A stretch of DNA of 64,000 nt from Candidatus Binatia bacterium (lineage in GTDB: Bacteria > Desulfobacterota > Binatia > Bin18). The notes under the pieces were generated by a model. The model ran no database searches, was not told where the DNA came from, and saw only the letters and a list, made by a program, of their open reading frames with translations. The position numbers and the translations under genes were made by a program. Where the stretch lies: positions 256,001-320,000 of the forward strand of contig CAXXHG010000043.1 in the NCBI GenBank assembly GCA_963666315.2, written 5' to 3'. Shown in pieces: positions 42,616-52,777 of the stretch. Each line of letters starts with the position of its first letter. Positions within the stretch are counted from its first letter, which is position 1.

Positions 42616-43899
42616 TCAAAGCTGGGGAGGCGCGTTTTCGTCTTCCGTGATCCACTTACGTACCCACGGCAATAGGGCGAAAGCGGGCCAAGCGAGGAAG
42701 AACGTTACCGTAAAATACATCGCATATCCCACACTTTGGGTGAGCCAACCTGAGAGCGCGCCGGATAGGGAACGGCCGAGACCGAAAAGTGCGCTGAGTA
42801 GCGCATACTGCGTTGCGGCTTGACGTTTCTCACATACGCTCATCAAAAACGCTAGGAACGGGGCAGTGCCCAATCCGCCGCAGAATGACTCCACACAGGA
42901 AGCAGCGTACATGAGCAGTTCAGAGCGGGGCAGGGCGGCGGTGGCAGCATAGAATAAATTAGACCCTGCTTGTGCAATGCCTAAAACCCACAAAGCACGG
43001 AATAATCCCCACTGCTTTGTGAGGCGACCGCCTAACAGGGCACCAAGAATAGTACTCACCACCCCCACTGTGCCTGGAATCGCGCCAATCTGAATTGGAG
43101 TAAATCCTCGATCCACCCAAAACGGTCTGACCATTGGGCCAAGCGCCATATCCCCGAGTTTGAAAAGCAAGACAAAGAGAAGAACCTGGACAACGCCCGG
43201 ACGCTGCCAAAAATTTTGAAGCGGGTCGAGAAAACCATTCTTAAAAGCTGTAGGCCAAGACTGAGAAGATTGCAGACCCTTTGGATCCTTTTGATCTTGG
43301 GACAGACTCGCCACAAGAGGCATCTGACTAGAAATACAAGCCAGCACGGCCAGAAGAACGGCTGCGGTAAGAAAAGCAGCTTGCCATCCAATCAGACCAG
43401 CGGCTCCAACAAAGACGCCTCCGGCAGCAATCAGTGCGACACGGTAGGTGCTGACCCGCACCCCATTGGCAGGACCCATTTCGGTTTGGTCCAACAGCTC
43501 AATAGTGTACGCGTCAATGGCAATATCCTGAGTCGCAGACAGCACGGCAAGAACGATAAGTCCTAGCCACAACACGCTCCCCAAGCTGTTACTAGCGGCT
43601 GGATCAAAAAAAAAGAGCAGACACAGATCAATGGCCAAAAGCCCCTGGCAGGCAACGATCCAGCTGCGCCGCGAACCCCAGACATCAACTATCGGCGCCC
43701 ACAGAAACTTGAGCGTCCACGGCAGTCCGACCAGGCTCAGCAGTCCAATCTCTGTCAGACCGACCCCGTGCATGCGGAAGTAGACGGGAAACGCATCAAA
43801 GAGGAGGCCGAACGGCAAACCCTCCGCAAAATAGAGCAGGGCTACCCAGGTCAGTTTCGTTCGAGTTGAGAGTGGTTGTGTCACTGAGGGAATGGCCAA
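42616..43899 (-). CDS. AmpG-like MFS permease
   Basis: LYFAEGLP, LPWTLKFLWAP, SATQDIAIDAY and ATQYALLS motifs. Confidence 0.88.
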   Translation of the reverse strand: MAIPSVTQPLSTRTKLTWVALLYFAEGLPFGLLFDAFPVYFRMHGVGLTEIGLLSLVGLPWTLKFLWAPIVDVWGSRRSWIVACQGLLAIDLCLLFFFDPAASNSLGSVLWLGLIVLAVLSATQDIAIDAYTIELLDQTEMGPANGVRVSTYRVALIAAGGVFVGAAGLIGWQAAFLTAAVLLAVLACISSQMPLVASLSQDQKDPKGLQSSQSWPTAFKNGFLDPLQNFWQRPGVVQVLLFVLLFKLGDMALGPMVRPFWVDRGFTPIQIGAIPGTVGVVSTILGALLGGRLTKQWGLFRALWVLGIAQAGSNLFYAATAALPRSELLMYAASCVESFCGGLGTAPFLAFLMSVCEKRQAATQYALLSALFGLGRSLSGALSGWLTQSVGYAMYFTVTFFLAWPAFALLPWVRKWITEDENAPPQL

Positions 43900-43934
43900 G
43901 AGAACGGAGCCAACATAGCGAACATCGCTTGAGA

Positions 43935-44594
43935 CTATCGACTCCGCTTCACATCGATTTTCTCGCAGTAGCGCTCAATCGGGCATAGGCTACACTTGGG
44001 TGAAGTCGGATGGCACAGGGTCTGACCAAAGGCAACTAGGAGGTCATTATAGCCGATCCAGAAACGTTTAGGCAAAATCGCACGCAGTGCCATTTCGGTC
44101 CCTTCTGGATTTTTGGTTTCGACATAGCCCCAGCGGTTTGAAATGCGATGCACATGCGTGTCGACACAGATTCCCGGCTTTTGAAATCCCAAGGTCACGA
44201 CCAGGTTCGCAGTTTTTCGTCCTACCCCTTTGAAGACGAGCAGCTCGTCGATTTCATCCGGCACTTGGCTCCCATATTTGTCGATCAGGATCTGTGAGAT
44301 ATCGAGCACGGTCCGTGCTTTTGTTTTGTAGAACCCAACCGGATAGATGGCCTGCTTCACTTGGGCTGGCGTGAGGGTGACCATTTGCTCTGGTGTATCT
44401 GCCAGAGCAAACAACCGCCGCGCGGCAGGGCCGGTTGTTTCGTCCTTGGTGCGCAGGCTGAGCAGACACGCGATCAGGACTTGGTAGGGGTCACGTGACA
44501 AGCCGGCCATTTCTGTCACAACAGGCGCGTCCCATCCCGTAGACCCTGTGCGCAGTGTTTGAATGACCCGAGAAATCGTGCGATTAGTAACCAC
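43935..44594 (-). CDS. nth: Endonuclease III
   Basis: HhH GVGRKTANLV, VDTHVHRI and C-x6-C-x2-C-x5-C Fe-S motif. Confidence 0.93.
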   Translation of the reverse strand: MVTNRTISRVIQTLRTGSTGWDAPVVTEMAGLSRDPYQVLIACLLSLRTKDETTGPAARRLFALADTPEQMVTLTPAQVKQAIYPVGFYKTKARTVLDISQILIDKYGSQVPDEIDELLVFKGVGRKTANLVVTLGFQKPGICVDTHVHRISNRWGYVETKNPEGTEMALRAILPKRFWIGYNDLLVAFGQTLCHPTSPKCSLCPIERYCEKIDVKRSR

Positions 44595-44598
44595 CTCG

Positions 44599-45278
44599 TT
44601 ATCCCCCCTCTCCCCTCCCTTGTATGGTGACAATGCTGACCGGCAGTGGCAGATTATCTTCCCGTTCGTTTATTTCTTCGCGCGTCCATCGCATTCCGGC
44701 CTGATCGAGCCAGTCATAAAACTCTTCGGTATTCGTGCGTTTCGCGTCGGCAATAATCACGTGTCCATCAGGATGGAGATGAGTAGCAAGAAAGTTCACC
44801 AGAGCTGGAAACGTCGGTCGATCATACAGAATTCCTGCTTGAATGAGCGAGAAACGCATATCGAGCATGTCCCGCGTAAAGTCGAGCGGCTTGCCTCGCA
44901 CCGAGAGCAGGCGTTGAGTTGCGCGTTGACAAGCGCAAAAGACACGGCTGCGGGCTCCTTATCCACAAACGTTACCCGTCCACCTTTCAATGCTGCCATT
45001 ATCCCGGTCAGTCCCAGTCCACAGCCCAAATCCAGAACAGCCAGGTCTCGACAGTCGACCTGCGCGTCAATATAGCGTGCAAGCGTGAGTGCACCCGTCC
45101 ATAGATGTGCCCAATACGGCGGCTCCTCAGTGTCGTCTCGGAGTAAGGCGGCACGGTCGACGAAACGTTCAAAGTCTTTGACACGGAACAGGCTGAGATT
45201 ATGGGAACCCACTGTGACAGGGCGGGGTTCCGCATCATACGGCAAGACGCCTGGCAAGACGTTTGGTAAAACGCTCAC
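44599..45278 (-). pseudogene. Frameshifted SAM-dependent (protein) methyltransferase
   Basis: PYWAHLW and VLDLGCGLGL lie in ORF 44796-45278. The continuation LDFTRD...ILYDR...IIAD is in another frame (44599-44901), consistent with a 1-nt loss near 44890. Confidence 0.75.
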
Positions 45279-46456
45279 TCAAAAGCACTCAGACCGGTGA
45301 TATATCGACCCAGCGTGAGCCGATGGATATCCTCAGTCCCTTCGTATGTGTTGACCGTCTCAAGATTGAGCATATGCCGAATGATAGGATACTCATCCGT
45401 AATGCCGTTGGCACCAAGGATATCTCGGGCCAATCGTGTGGTGTGCAGTGCGGTTGAAACATTATTCATTTTGGCCATGCTGACATGATCCGGACGCATC
45501 TTACCCGCGTCTTTGAGCCTGCCAAGACGATAGGCTAAAAGCTGCGCCTTAGTGATTTCGGTCAGCATAGTAACCAGTTTAGCCTGGACAAGTTGATAGC
45601 CGCCAATAGGACGCGAAAACATGACTCGATTTTTGGCATAATCCACAGCGCACTCATAACAGGCTATGGCAGCACCGGTCGCGCCCCAGGAAATGCCGTA
45701 GCGTGCTTGGTTGAGACACATAAGCGGAGATTTGAGACCGCCGGATTTCGGCAGGAGATTATCCTCCGGAATCCAGCAATCTTCGAATATCAGCTCAGAT
45801 GTCACAGACGCCCGAAAACTGAATTTGCCCTCAATATTCAGTCGCGAGAATCCTTCCCGCTCTTTTTCTACTAAGAATCCACGGATGACGTCTTTGCCGT
45901 CTTCTTCGATCTTGGCCCAGACCACGGCAATGTCAGAGATTGAACCATTCGTGATCCAGCGTTTCGTGCCGTTCAGGATGTAGCCACCGTTCTCTTTTCG
46001 GGCACGAGTAATCATTCCAGACGGGTTAGAGCCGTAGTCCGGCTCGGTCAAGCCGAAACAACCAGTCGCCTCAGCCGTGGCCAGACGCGGCAGCCAGAAC
46101 TTCTTTTGCTGCTCGGAACCAAAAGTAAAGATGGGATACATAACCAGCGACGACTGTACGCTGGCGAAGGAACGCAGCCCGCTGTCCCCACGCTCGAGCT
46201 CCTGACTCACCAGGCCATAGGCGACACTGTTCATACCAGCGCCGCCATATTCTGTCGGCAGGGTCATGCCCAAGAAGCCCAGCTCACCAAGACGTGGGAC
46301 GAGTTCCATAGGAAAAGAGCCTTCGCGGAAGCACTGCTGAATGCGTGGGAGGAATTCCTCGTCGACAAAACGACGCGCCACATCGCGCACCATACGCTCC
46401 TCTTCGCTCAGCAGTTCTTCAATTTGGTAGAAATCGGTGTCAATGAGATCGGCCAT
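45275..46456 (-). CDS. gcdH: Acyl-CoA dehydrogenase, glutaryl-CoA dehydrogenase-like
   Basis: ERGDSGLRS, GCFGLTEPDYGS, WITNG and NLETVNTYEGT motifs. Confidence 0.85.
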   Translation of the reverse strand: MADLIDTDFYQIEELLSEEERMVRDVARRFVDEEFLPRIQQCFREGSFPMELVPRLGELGFLGMTLPTEYGGAGMNSVAYGLVSQELERGDSGLRSFASVQSSLVMYPIFTFGSEQQKKFWLPRLATAEATGCFGLTEPDYGSNPSGMITRARKENGGYILNGTKRWITNGSISDIAVVWAKIEEDGKDVIRGFLVEKEREGFSRLNIEGKFSFRASVTSELIFEDCWIPEDNLLPKSGGLKSPLMCLNQARYGISWGATGAAIACYECAVDYAKNRVMFSRPIGGYQLVQAKLVTMLTEITKAQLLAYRLGRLKDAGKMRPDHVSMAKMNNVSTALHTTRLARDILGANGITDEYPIIRHMLNLETVNTYEGTEDIHRLTLGRYITGLSAFE

Positions 46457-46509
46457 GTAAGCCTCCCTTCACCTGTATTCTGGTCTTATCCTAACGAGGC
46501 GACGCTGGT

Positions 46510-48360
46510 TCAGCTACCCAGGGATTCAAGATCCCTGCCCTCAGTCGGGCTTCTCACTCCCGGTCTTTTTCTCGATGAAATTGGACGAACTGAAGGTCCG
46601 CGAGGCCGTCCTTCCCCACGCGGATCAGAGACACCGGTTATAAGGCCGGAACTTAGATCTACATGAATTGCCTGTATATTCCCAAAGCGGGAGCGTTTAT
46701 CAGGACCCCACTCAACGATTTTGACCGTATGTCCCATTGTCCGTAGCTCTGCTGCAAGCCCGCTGCGGCCACTATCCGTTTTCACCTCTAGGCTGAGCCT
46801 ATCGGGATACCACTGATGATGAATACGTGGTGCAAACATAGCCTCAGGTAAGGACATTTTGTACGCAAGGACATTCAGCATGACTTGCATAACAGAGCTG
46901 ATAATCCGTGATCCCCCTGGCCCGCCAATAACCAGCTCAACTTTCCCATCGCGCGTAACAATAGTTGGGCTCATGCTGCTCAGCGGCGTTTTCTGCGGCG
47001 CAACGGCATTCGCATCGGTATTACCAAGCAGGCCGAAGGCGTTCGGTTGACCGGGCTGGGCGATGAAATCGTCCATCTCGTCGTTGAGCATAATGCCCGT
47101 GCCAGGCACCAGCACCCCGCTCCCGAAATACAGATTCACAGTCTGGGTTGTCGCCACCGCGTTGCCCGCTTTATCAAGCACAGACAGGTGGGTGGTGCTT
47201 GTGGACTCAATCATTCCTACTGAGGTTTTCGGAATACCCTGACTTGGCGTGGCTTTGGAGATATCAATCTTCGCCCGCTGGTCTGTTGCATATGCCTGTG
47301 AGATCAGCCGATCAATGGGAACGGAAACAAAATCGGTATCGCCCAGGTAGCGGGCTCTGTCACGAAAGGCCAAGCGCAGGGTCTCGGTCAATACATGCGT
47401 CGCCCTAGGAGTCTGGAAGCCAAGCTTTTGCAACGGAAAGCCTGAGAGGACGTTAAACATCTGGACAATCAGCACGCCTCCAGAACTTGGCGGCGGCATA
47501 GAATCAATACGCGCGCCCTGAAAGGTTCCGGTAATCGGAGTGCGCTCAAGCACGCGATAGAGGTCTAAGTCTTGCTGGGTGAGTAGTCCACCACGTGTCT
47601 GCATCTCTTTGATAATGGCCTGTGCGACCCAGCCTGTGTAAAAGGCGTCTTTTCCCTTTTTGGCGATGGCGCGGAGCGTTTTAGCCAAATCTTTCTGGAT
47701 AAAGAGCTCACCTTGCTTGAGCGGATGATCGTTTCGAAAATATATCGCTCGGCTTGCAGCGGATTCTCCAAGCGTTTCCGCTCGGTAGCCTATTGCCCGA
47801 GCCAGATGCGGATAAATGGGAAATCCCTCTTCTGCCAGGCGGATTGCCGGTTGCATGACCTCTTCAAGCGACACGCTTCCGTAGCGTTTCTGCACGGCAA
47901 CTAATCCTGCAACTAAACCAGGCACAGCAACAGCTAGGGGTCCCGTGCGGCTCAGGGAAGGAACAGCCTTGCCATCGCGCACAAACATGTCACGTCTTGC
48001 TTTGAGAGGCGCGCGTTCACGAAAATCGATTGCGCGTGTTTTTTTATCTTTGGCGAGATACAGAAGAAGAAAACCACCGCCCCCAATCCCTGTCGATTGC
48101 GGCCGGATCACACTGATTGCAAACGATGCAGCAACAGCCGCATCAACAGCGTTTCCTCCGCGGCGGAGCATTTCGGCTCCGGCTTCGCTCGCTTGCTCGT
48201 TGGCTGCGGCGACCATACCGTGATGAGATGTTTCTGCAAAGGGAACGTGGTCCGCGAGTCTGAAAGTCTCGTCAGCATGGGCGCTCCCGGGTGCAGGAAC
48301 AAACGAGACCAGGAAGAAAAAAACGATAGATACCCTTTGGAAATTTTGCAGCCACGGCAT
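46510..48360 (-). CDS. ggt: Gamma-glutamyltransferase
   Basis: GGNAVDAA, TTHLS catalytic Thr, LNDEMDDF, PLSSMSP and GGSRI motifs; signal peptide. Confidence 0.95.
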   Translation of the reverse strand: MPWLQNFQRVSIVFFFLVSFVPAPGSAHADETFRLADHVPFAETSHHGMVAAANEQASEAGAEMLRRGGNAVDAAVAASFAISVIRPQSTGIGGGGFLLLYLAKDKKTRAIDFRERAPLKARRDMFVRDGKAVPSLSRTGPLAVAVPGLVAGLVAVQKRYGSVSLEEVMQPAIRLAEEGFPIYPHLARAIGYRAETLGESAASRAIYFRNDHPLKQGELFIQKDLAKTLRAIAKKGKDAFYTGWVAQAIIKEMQTRGGLLTQQDLDLYRVLERTPITGTFQGARIDSMPPPSSGGVLIVQMFNVLSGFPLQKLGFQTPRATHVLTETLRLAFRDRARYLGDTDFVSVPIDRLISQAYATDQRAKIDISKATPSQGIPKTSVGMIESTSTTHLSVLDKAGNAVATTQTVNLYFGSGVLVPGTGIMLNDEMDDFIAQPGQPNAFGLLGNTDANAVAPQKTPLSSMSPTIVTRDGKVELVIGGPGGSRIISSVMQVMLNVLAYKMSLPEAMFAPRIHHQWYPDRLSLEVKTDSGRSGLAAELRTMGHTVKIVEWGPDKRSRFGNIQAIHVDLSSGLITGVSDPRGEGRPRGPSVRPISSRKRPGVRSPTEGRDLESLGS

Positions 48361-48494
48361 GGTATTTTCCTCATTCAGACGTCATTCAGACGTTATCCAG
48401 ACGTCGTCGAGTATATGCGAGCGCGACAGGGACAACAATAAGATTGACTTCAAAAACCCAGATTGGTAGGCTACCTGCCAGGGAGGATTCTGCC

Positions 48495-48935
48495 ATGGCT
48501 TCGGTGAATAAAGCGATCATTGTCGGAAATCTCGGGAAGGACCCTGAAGTTCGTTTCACCCAGAGTGGACGGGCAATGGCGCGGTTCTCTGTGGCAACGA
48601 CAGAGTCCTGGATGGATAAAGAAAATGGGCGGCAGGAACGCACCGAGTGGCACAACGTGGTTGTGTGGGGCAAGCAGGCAGAATCGTGCGGTCAGTATCT
48701 CGCCAAGGGGCGACAGGTCTATATTGAGGGTTCCATCCGCAACCGCAGCTACGACGATAAAGAAGGCAACAAGCGCTATATTTCAGAAATTGTCGCCCAG
48801 CGCGTCCAATTCCTCGGCGGTAGCGGTGGTGGCGGAGCGCGTTCAGGTACGCCGTCTGATGAAGAATCAGGTGGCGGCGGGTTTGATGATTTCGGGGCAG
48901 GTGCTATCCCGCCCGATGATGACGTGCCGTTCTAG
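48495..48935 (+). CDS. ssb: Single-stranded DNA-binding protein
   Basis: SVNKAIIVGNLGKDPE, TEWH and DDDVPF tail. Confidence 0.97.
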   Translation: MASVNKAIIVGNLGKDPEVRFTQSGRAMARFSVATTESWMDKENGRQERTEWHNVVVWGKQAESCGQYLAKGRQVYIEGSIRNRSYDDKEGNKRYISEIVAQRVQFLGGSGGGGARSGTPSDEESGGGGFDDFGAGAIPPDDDVPF

Positions 48936-49793
48936 TCAGTGCTCATTATTCTCGGCAGTTGCAACCTCGGCAGAGCCGGGTTTTATCACTGCCCGGCGGT
49001 CAGGATTCACGATCTCATACACATACCTCCCATCTCCTTCACCGGGCCACAGCACAGTCGTAATAGTCTGACCAGGAAAAACTGGCCGTGCAAATTGAGC
49101 GGTGAGCCGTTTGAGCCGGCGGGGATCGCCTTCACACACACTGTCGATAATCACTTTTGAGGCACAGGCCATGGTGCACAGGCCGTGGACGACGATGCCA
49201 GGCAGACCTGCCATCTTGGCTACGTTTTCATCCACATGGATCGGGTTTCGGTCTCCTGACGCTTCGGCGTAGCGGAATGTCTGGTCAGGATCAATTCGTT
49301 GGGAAACCCGAAGCAGCGGCTCCTCTTTTGGAGTCTCATGCGTTGAGGCTACGCTACGTTGGCGTCGTCCCTGGCCGCGAATGAAGGCAGTAAAAGTGAG
49401 CTGCTGAACGGCTTCCTTATGTTGGTTGTGACTGTGAATCTCAAGAGTCATCGATTCCCCACCACGTTGATCCTCAATTGCTCCAACTACTGCAGTGCTG
49501 GTAATCGTATCCCCGGGAACAATAGGACGGAAAAAGCGCATATCTTGCCGACTATGTAATAAGCGCAGTACATCAACGTTCAGCTCGCTGTCCGTCACCA
49601 CCATCATGATGGAAAGCCAGCCGGCAACAACGCCAAACATGGGCGGGGCGATCATGTCTTCGGATGTATCCATACCAAAGAACCAGGCGTTGTCTTCGTT
49701 ATACGCCCGCGCATATGCTGCTGTCGCTTCTGCTGTTACGTCATGATCCTGAGAGGCGTATTCTTTTCCAATCAAGTTTCGGTTGAGCCCCAT
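48936..49793 (-). CDS. MaoC-like double hot-dog dehydratase
   Basis: YAEASGDRNPIH and IVVHGLCT motifs. Confidence 0.88.
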   Translation of the reverse strand: MGLNRNLIGKEYASQDHDVTAEATAAYARAYNEDNAWFFGMDTSEDMIAPPMFGVVAGWLSIMMVVTDSELNVDVLRLLHSRQDMRFFRPIVPGDTITSTAVVGAIEDQRGGESMTLEIHSHNQHKEAVQQLTFTAFIRGQGRRQRSVASTHETPKEEPLLRVSQRIDPDQTFRYAEASGDRNPIHVDENVAKMAGLPGIVVHGLCTMACASKVIIDSVCEGDPRRLKRLTAQFARPVFPGQTITTVLWPGEGDGRYVYEIVNPDRRAVIKPGSAEVATAENNEH

Positions 49794-49811
49794 AGTTTCT
49801 ATTGTTTCTTT

Positions 49812-50503
49812 CTATTTCCAGTATGCATCATCGACGAAACTCACGTAGCGCCCTTTGCCTATGATGGGGTGGTCGAGAATGTGAACTCCCAGCATCTCGC
49901 CTACGTCTCTCAGGGCTGCGTGATCTGGAGGTCTTCCTGGCTCGGCATAGGATCGCCACTGGGATGATTATGGATCAGGATAGCGGCGGCGGCTAACTCA
50001 CGAATGATGGGCTGAAATACCTCACGCGGATGTACGAGCGAAGATGTGAGAGACCCTTCAGATACACGCACGTCTTTAAGCTTTCTGTTCTTGGCATCAA
50101 GGAGAAGCACATGAAACTCCTCTTTCTTGAGACTGCCGAGTTGCTCACGATAGTGATTAAAAACATCGGCCCTTGAGCGGAAGGACTCCCCACGTCGTAT
50201 TTCTTCTTGGGAAAAGCGCTTGGCAATTTCCAGAGCCGCTTGTATCTGTGTCGCCTTAGCCGGACCAATGCCCTTCACTTCACACAGTTCGGTGATGCTC
50301 GCTTCTTCAAGTTCTCGAAACGAATCTCCGAAACGCGTGACGAGAGTCCGTCCGTCGTCGAGGGCACTTTGGCCTGAGCTTGCGTCCCTGGTTCTAAGCA
50401 GAATGGCTAACAATTCCGCATTGGAGAGCGTTGCAGGACCATGTTCTATAAGCTTCTCACGAGGTCGGTCAGACTCCGGCCAGGTTGGAATAGGCTGGCG
50501 CAT
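49812..50503 (-). pseudogene. radC: RadC/JAB-domain protein, frameshifted near the 3' end
   Basis: RPREKL, GIGPAKA, VHPREVF and HNHPSGD motifs. After ITQ a 1-nt loss gives TGA at 49910, while LRDVGEMLGVHILDHPIIG...YVSF continues in another frame to TAG at 49812. Confidence 0.8.
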
Positions 50504-50901
50504 TACTGTATGGTCACCATCACGCGGCGATCGCGTGGACCATCGAGCTCAACCAGCATGATCGCTTGCCAGGTGCCCAGCGCAAGCCGTCCTCGTTGGA
50601 TAGGAATAGTCTCACTAGGGCCAAGAATTGATGCTTTAAGATGGGCTGCTCCATTATGGTCCACCTTGTCATGCCGCCATACCCCTTCCGGGATCAGCTT
50701 GTTCAGTACGTCTAGGAGATCTTCGCATATGTGTGGATCGTCATTCTCGTTGACAATAATGGCAGCAGTTGCATGTGGGACATAAACGCAACACAAGCCT
50801 TGGTCGATATTGGCTTCTCTCACCGCATCAGCTACCTGAGAGGAGAGATCTATGACCTCGTATTTTGTCTGGGTGCGTACCTTCAGCTCCATCTCGCTCA
50901 C
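50503..50901 (-). CDS. yjbQ: YjbQ (UPF0047) family protein
   Basis: PHATA, NEN, NGAAHLK and GTWQ...ELDGPR motifs. Confidence 0.92.
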   Translation of the reverse strand: MSEMELKVRTQTKYEVIDLSSQVADAVREANIDQGLCCVYVPHATAAIIVNENDDPHICEDLLDVLNKLIPEGVWRHDKVDHNGAAHLKASILGPSETIPIQRGRLALGTWQAIMLVELDGPRDRRVMVTIQ

Positions 50902-50911
50902 TCTTTACTCC

Positions 50912-51937
50912 CTATTGTCCATTGCCTAGTGAGAGAAAGTGTGAGGATTTCGTGATATCAATCGGAACTCCAGTCTTTTCTCTTACTGCCCTGGCAAGAC
51001 GATTCTGATCAACAAACTTCGTCCAGCCTCCCGTTTTGAGAACCTTGCGCGCCTCTTCCAGGTAATCCGGGACCAATTGATAAATGTCTTTGTGGACCTC
51101 TGCATAGACTCGATTATGACGGACTCCGATTTTTATGGGCTGATACACAACCTCTCCGGTGACTCCGATGCGGACGATGTCAAAGAATTGCTCAATGTCT
51201 TCGGGGTAGAGACGGATACAGCCGTGCGTAACAAGTCTGCCAACCGCCCACGGCGTGTTTGTATCATGGATGGAATACGATCCCTTGGTCTTGGTCGAAC
51301 TCAGTTCGATACGATATTTTCCAAGTGGGTTGTCTGGAGAACCTCCTGGGATACGATCCTCCGACCAGCCGTTTTCTGCAATACGTTCCTTTTTTATGGA
51401 TTCAGGGATCACCCAGACCGGGTTCCGCGTCTTCCCTCTTACCCGAAAGTGAGTTTGTGGCGTGGGCCACTCTTCTCGTCCGAGTCCAACAGGAAGAGTA
51501 ATGACAGTGCGTTCCCTGTTTTTCTTCTTGTGCGGAGGAAAATAATAGAGCCGCATTTCGGGGATATTCACGATCACCCCTTCGTGGCGGCTGTTCGGTA
51601 CGATCCAGGAGGTTGGCATCGATATCAACGCTCCCACTTTTGGGAGCCACGGACTCATATTGGGGTATGCTTCAGTCAGTTCGTTATATCCAAGATCATA
51701 ATAACGGGCGACATCTAGAAGAGTATCTTTTTTCTGTATTATATACGAATGGGGTGATCCGACAAGGGTCTGGGCTGTCATGTCGCCTGAACGTAAAGCG
51801 GGGACAAATGAACGCGTCACAATTCGTTTTTGGAAAAACTCCTTTTCGTTCCACGCCAGCCCTGCCGTAGAGCGGAAAAGACAGGAAAATGCAATAAACA
51901 AAGCTATTCCGATTGCTCGTGCGCCCCGGCTCTTCAT
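50912..51937 (-). CDS. L,D-transpeptidase (ErfK/YcfS-like, LysM)
   Basis: IVNIPEMRLYY, NPLG and IHDTN...THGCIRL catalytic motif. Confidence 0.92.
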   Translation of the reverse strand: MKSRGARAIGIALFIAFSCLFRSTAGLAWNEKEFFQKRIVTRSFVPALRSGDMTAQTLVGSPHSYIIQKKDTLLDVARYYDLGYNELTEAYPNMSPWLPKVGALISMPTSWIVPNSRHEGVIVNIPEMRLYYFPPHKKKNRERTVITLPVGLGREEWPTPQTHFRVRGKTRNPVWVIPESIKKERIAENGWSEDRIPGGSPDNPLGKYRIELSSTKTKGSYSIHDTNTPWAVGRLVTHGCIRLYPEDIEQFFDIVRIGVTGEVVYQPIKIGVRHNRVYAEVHKDIYQLVPDYLEEARKVLKTGGWTKFVDQNRLARAVREKTGVPIDITKSSHFLSLGNGQ

Positions 51938-52096
51938 CCTCACTCCTCCCCTATCTCTCAATAATCTACATAGTACAGGGAAAATTCAAGGCGTGACGGG
52001 GAGAAAACCACGGAAGAGGCCTTCACCGCTGTTGATCGGTCGTACGGAGTGACGTCGTGAAAAGTCGAGAAAGAAAAGGATAAAGACGGGGAGGTA

Positions 52097-52444
52097 TTAT
52101 TCCTCCACTCTTGTTGTCTTTCTTTTCGCAGTTGAACGCTTTTGCGGCTTTTCCCTCTCAGCAAGCAATCGGTCGAGCTTCATACTCACGTTGACAATAT
52201 TGCCTTGTACTTCTTCAACCTTTGCCAGTAAATGTTCGTAATAAGTCTTAGAAGGAATATTCAGAAGCGCAAGCAAAGCCTCCATATTCTGGTCGACTTT
52301 TTCCTTCGTTTCCGTAGCGTTCTGTAACGTTTTCTCTACGACTTCGCACACAGGAGATTGCGAAAAGAGGTCTTTTACAAGCTTTGTAAAGTTCTCTCTG
52401 TTTGCCTCGTAGAGTTTCTCGAAAACGGTTTTTTCTTTGTCCAT
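52097..52444 (-). CDS. Phasin-like coiled-coil hypothetical protein
   Basis: Amphipathic helical protein with LNIPSK and a basic tail; family assignment tentative. Confidence 0.5.
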   Translation of the reverse strand: MDKEKTVFEKLYEANRENFTKLVKDLFSQSPVCEVVEKTLQNATETKEKVDQNMEALLALLNIPSKTYYEHLLAKVEEVQGNIVNVSMKLDRLLAEREKPQKRSTAKRKTTRVEE

Positions 52445-52510
52445 AACGTGGGAAGGTTTTCTGCCAAAGAAAATCAGGTATAACAACCTCGTTGATAGTA
52501 AGGAGAATAT

Positions 52511-52774
52511 GTGGATTTCGAAGTTTTTCTTGGGTATTTCAGCGGCTTGCGCTTCCTCGACGAGACGATCACGTTTTCTACCCTTATTGGGACGGCACTA
52601 TTCATTCACTTGCTTGACGGAATTATCTGCGGTCTCATCGCTAGGAAGGGCGGGCGCTCTCTGTATATTTGGATCATTGTCGGCACTCTCTTTGGAATGT
52701 GGGCACTGACGATCCTGATCCTCCTTATGGCGCAAGGAAAGGACCGGGGACGGGGCCTATCCCCGTCCCCATAA
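52511..52774 (+). CDS. Small hypothetical membrane protein
   Basis: AGGAG SD, hydrophobic helices and an ARKGGRS..W...G..FG motif. Confidence 0.6.
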   Translation: MDFEVFLGYFSGLRFLDETITFSTLIGTALFIHLLDGIICGLIARKGGRSLYIWIIVGTLFGMWALTILILLMAQGKDRGRGLSPSP

Positions 52775-52777
52775 TAT

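Noticed and set aside
43606-43614. Poly-A/T tract in the AmpG-like gene as a phase-variation switch
   Set aside because: The frame is intact and the run encodes Phe residues at the end of a TM helix; there is no evidence of variation without reads.
51077-51718. 213-aa ORF opposite the L,D-transpeptidase
   Set aside because: Antisense shadow with no motifs.
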